A program made the position numbers and the translations under genes. The notes beneath the pieces are model-generated. The model saw only the letters and a program-made list of their open reading frames with translations. It had not been told where the DNA came from and ran no database searches. A DNA stretch of 63,472 nucleotides, the filler included, from Globobulimina sp. (taxonomy: Eukaryota): NCBI GenBank assembly GCA_003354225.1. It is 53 parts of 53 records of this genome, joined end to end, with 100 filler letters (N's around TTAATTAATTAA, not from the genome) between each part and the next. Parts side by side here need not be neighbours in the genome. Positions count along the whole stretch, not along the records: positions 59,976 to 61,074 come from PIVH01023573.1; positions 61,175 to 62,273 come from PIVH01023574.1; positions 62,374 to 63,472 come from PIVH01023575.1; 50 more parts are not named here. One strand, written 5' to 3'. Position 1 is the stretch's first letter. Each line of letters opens with the position of its first letter. Below, piece by piece: positions 60,338 through 63,472 of the stretch.

Positions 60338-61074
60338 ATGTCGGTTGAAATATGTGCGTTTTTCCTGCAGCATGGATATTGCACATTTGGCGACGAATGT
60401 AAATTATACCATGCTCGCACAGAACGAGACATCTCTCGCTATAACAAAACAATAAACAACGAGGCAGAAGACGAGGACGAAAAAGAGGAAGAGAAAAAGG
60501 AAGAAAAACAATACTCAGATGTGACAGAAATATGTTTCAGTTTCGACACCACCGGTTCAATGAGCTGTTATTTAGAAAAAGTGTGCGCTTCCTTACAAGA
60601 CATCGTTCGGGATTTATTCATTAAAATACCAAATATACGAATTAGTATCATAGCGCATGGCGATTATTGCGATAAGGAGCATTATTATGTGATCAAATAT
60701 ATCGATTTCACACGCGATCAAAATAAATTAATAAAATTTGTAAAAAATGCAGGTGCGACGGGCGGTGGTGACGAGCCGGAATGCTATGAGTTGGTGCTGT
60801 GGTACGCCGCGCATAAATTAAAGTGGACTCACAATGCGAGATCCAAAGCACTTGTAATCATTGGCGACGCCTTGCCGCACGAAGCGAGCTACGGATTGAA
60901 TACGAAAAATATAGATTGGCGCAAAGAGACTGAGCTGTTACGTATGATGGAGTGTACCATCTATGGCGTCTTTTGCGGGTCTGGCGAGAGAAATAAATCA
61001 TTTTATAAAAGCATCGCAAAAAAAACTAATGGCAGATGCTTAGAACTAACGTCCATTAAACACATTTGTAAGTT
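60338..61074 (+). CDS. CCCH zinc finger + von Willebrand A domain protein, 5' part
   Basis: CAFFLQHGYCTFGDECKLYH (C-x8-C-x5-C-x3-H); FSFDTTGSM (MIDAS), HGDYCD, GGGDEPECYE, IIGDALPH. Confidence 0.88.
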
Positions 61075-61411
61075 NNNNNNNNNNNNNNNNNNNNNNNNNN
61101 NNNNNNNNNNNNNNNNNNTTAATTAATTAANNNNNNNNNNNNNNNNNNNNNNNNNNNNNNNNNNNNNNNNNNNNGGCGCCATGCAGCCGAGACGGTTTTT
61201 TATAGCGCAGAGGGCGCTGGGATAGGAGATAGAGGTGGCTTCATTCACGGCTAGTTCCCGCTGAAGCCCAGTCGTTTGGTATATTATCCGAAACCCGCCC
61301 ACCCGCCCATTTAGTTTCTTGTTGGCACCGAGACGGGTACTGCATATTGATAGATTTTAGGACATACATACACTATCATATTCACTCCATGCAGTGTTTT
61401 CTATTTTACAG

Positions 61412-62273
61412 GTATTCAATCAGTAGGTGTTTGGTGTACGCCCAATGCACTTTTGCAAGCTCATGTACAGCCACTCTTTGAAACTGTTCTCCAGTCCAGG
61501 GCTGACAGTACCCGTCAGCAATATAGCTACAGTTTTGCACGTTGGCAAAAATGGGCGGGGGCCCATGGTTGTAATGCACTACCGGCATCCTCTCTTGATG
61601 TCGCCATTTATCTTCATGAACTTATTATTAAAGCTAACACCCCTTCTGTGGTTATATCTGCTGCTGCCGGCATCGGTTGGGCTCATCAAATGGCTCAAGT
61701 AGCAAATCCTTGTTCCAATCCATTGTGTAAATCGGTTTTGGATGCTGCCAAGCGCTGTAAACCTGCAAACTTAAATCGGAAGGAGCCCTTGTCTCTTATC
61801 GATCTCCAACGCCTATTTATGGCCCATTCGAATTCTACTTTGGATCACTGTCGGCTCCGCGCTCTGTGTTCCTTGGGATATTTTGGTTTTCTGCGTTATG
61901 ATGAGTTGGCAAACCTTCAATGTTCTGATATTGCTATTGGTTCTGACCGACTGACCATCACACTTTCTAAACGCAAAACAGATCAATTTCGTCATGGTAC
62001 TGAAATTTTATTGGCTCGCACTAATTCCCTTATTTGCCCTTATGTGGCTCTGATAACTTATATGCAAATTGCCAATCTTTCTGTTCAGACAACTGGTTAT
62101 TTATTTCGGCAAATTGTTACTGCTCGAAATGGTAAATCCAAAGTGAAAGGTAACTGTCAACTGTCATATACTCGTTGCCGAGAACTTTTCTTAGCTGCTC
62201 TCACTTCCATCGGCCTCGATTCAAGTCATTTTGGACTCCACAGCCTCCGTTCTGGAGGTACAACAGCAGCGGC
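61412..62273 (+). mobile_element. DIRS/Ngaro-type retrotransposon tyrosine recombinase, 3'-truncated
   Basis: ADSTRQQY...W..W; GYFGFLRYDEL; SKRKTDQFRHG; ICP; FGLHSLRSGGTTAA; splice acceptor TTTTACAG at 61404-61411. Confidence 0.9.
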
Positions 62274-62712
62274 NNNNNNNNNNNNNNNNNNNNNNNNNNN
62301 NNNNNNNNNNNNNNNNNTTAATTAATTAANNNNNNNNNNNNNNNNNNNNNNNNNNNNNNNNNNNNNNNNNNNNTTCAAAAGTGCGAAACTTTTTTCCCTG
62401 CGTCAATTCCAAGTTTTTTCTGTTTTCATCAAAGCGTCAATTCCATCTATTCTGTAATTTCGTCCATCTTCCCTACATGTATGAAATTACGGAATTGTGG
62501 ATACTGTGTTGAAAATATTGTTTTAATGAAAACGGGGAAAGTGACAGAACTGACGATGGCTCCACCCCACTAAAGATGAGGTATTTGCACTGTAAAAGAT
62601 CATAATCAAATTGATATTGATACACGTATATCAGATATCAAAGATTAAATATTTAATTCGAATTCATGACACGATTTAAATTAACAAACAAGCCATGTCA
62701 TGTGATGTCTTT

Positions 62713-63472
62713 TTAATCGTCTTCCTTTTTTTCAAAGTCGTCGTCATCAGATTCTTCCTCCTCGATCAAAGCACCAATATCATGAGCCATAGAACTCGGT
62801 TTCTTGCTCTTCTCATTCAAATCAGTTACGAATTTGTCATCTTTTTTTGGCGATTTATTTTGCGGCTTGCTTTCATTGGAAAATCGATTTTCGTCAACAA
62901 TGGCCGATGCAGCGGATAAAACTAATTCTAATATTTGTTCATCATTTTGATCAAATGCTTGAATTATTCCTTTTTTATTAATTAACTGAATTACTGCAAT
63001 CACCTTATTTTTGGGTCCCTTCTTCATTGGAACACACAACATTGATTTTGTTACAAATCCTGTTTTTTCATCTGACGTTTTATTAAAATCTTTATTCTAA
63101 AAAAAATATAATATAATATACAAAAAATATTTATAAAATAACATATAATTATTTAATCAACTGTATATACATCCTGTTCATTGACAATATCGCCAGTCGT
63201 GGCACATAAGCCCGCCATCCCTTTGTTTAGCGGCATACGAATATTTAACTCGCCCTGCATACTCCACAACTCCTTGGAATTATGATCCACAAAATAAAAT
63301 GTACACTTTTCAGCATCAACAATTTCTAAGCACCTTCGAGTTATAGTAAACAACAAAGAATTTACAGAATATACTTTTGATTCGTCATTTAAATGCGACC
63401 ACAATGCCAACATACTTTTATTTTTCTGTTTTTCCGTTGCTGCGATTTCATAAACAATGCAATTCTGCAAAG
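62713..63472 (-). CDS. GAF-domain protein (PDE/cyclase-type GAF), 3' part; intron 63097-63161
   Basis: VDAEKCTFYFVD...ELWS...IRMPLNKGMAG.CATTG.IVN..DVY|..DFNKTSDEKTGFVTKSMLCVP...VIAVIQLINK...FDQNDE. Confidence 0.92.

Noticed and set aside
1-63472. Gene clusters or operon-like systems spanning neighbouring segments (e.g. integrase next to recombinase at 7202-8840)
   Set aside because: Segments are independent contigs sorted by length, so adjacency carries no biological information

Overview
This window is not a continuous locus. It is 53 unrelated short contigs (25 of 1100 bp, then 28 of 1099 bp) joined by 100-bp N/TTAATTAATTAA/N linkers, so adjacency across linkers means nothing and most genes are truncated. 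Most contigs come from an AT-rich eukaryote using the standard code, with short (~45-85 nt) GT-AG introns. The gene families (kelch, P/T-repeat surface proteins, HSPA12-like Hsp70, MATH, ART-like, MYND) suggest a foraminiferan/rhizarian-type protist (inference). Bacterial, algal-like and possibly nematode/metazoan pieces are mixed in. Fold-back and junction chimeras suggest whole-genome amplification. Recognisable genes include midasin, PSME4/Blm10, XPF/ERCC4, EMC7, RPS16-like, ABC1 kinase, EttA-like ABC-F, an AAAP transporter, MAPEG, GAF and GH15. Mobile DNA is abundant: two integrases, three LINE fragments, three unrelated tyrosine recombinases, a Polinton-like polymerase fragment, MITE/foldback elements and two tRNA-like relics. 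The best leads are: a YdjC deacetylase fused to a GLT1D1-like glycosyltransferase; an intron-containing Polinton/Maverick-like polB N-terminus; a trefoil domain inserted inside a GH15 barrel; an intact spliced Crypton-like recombinase with palindromic downstream motifs; a long inverted-repeat cassette carrying a small spliced gene; a GNAT toxin with an unannotated 55-aa partner; and a G-U-rich hairpin array. All family calls come from motif recognition, not database searches.
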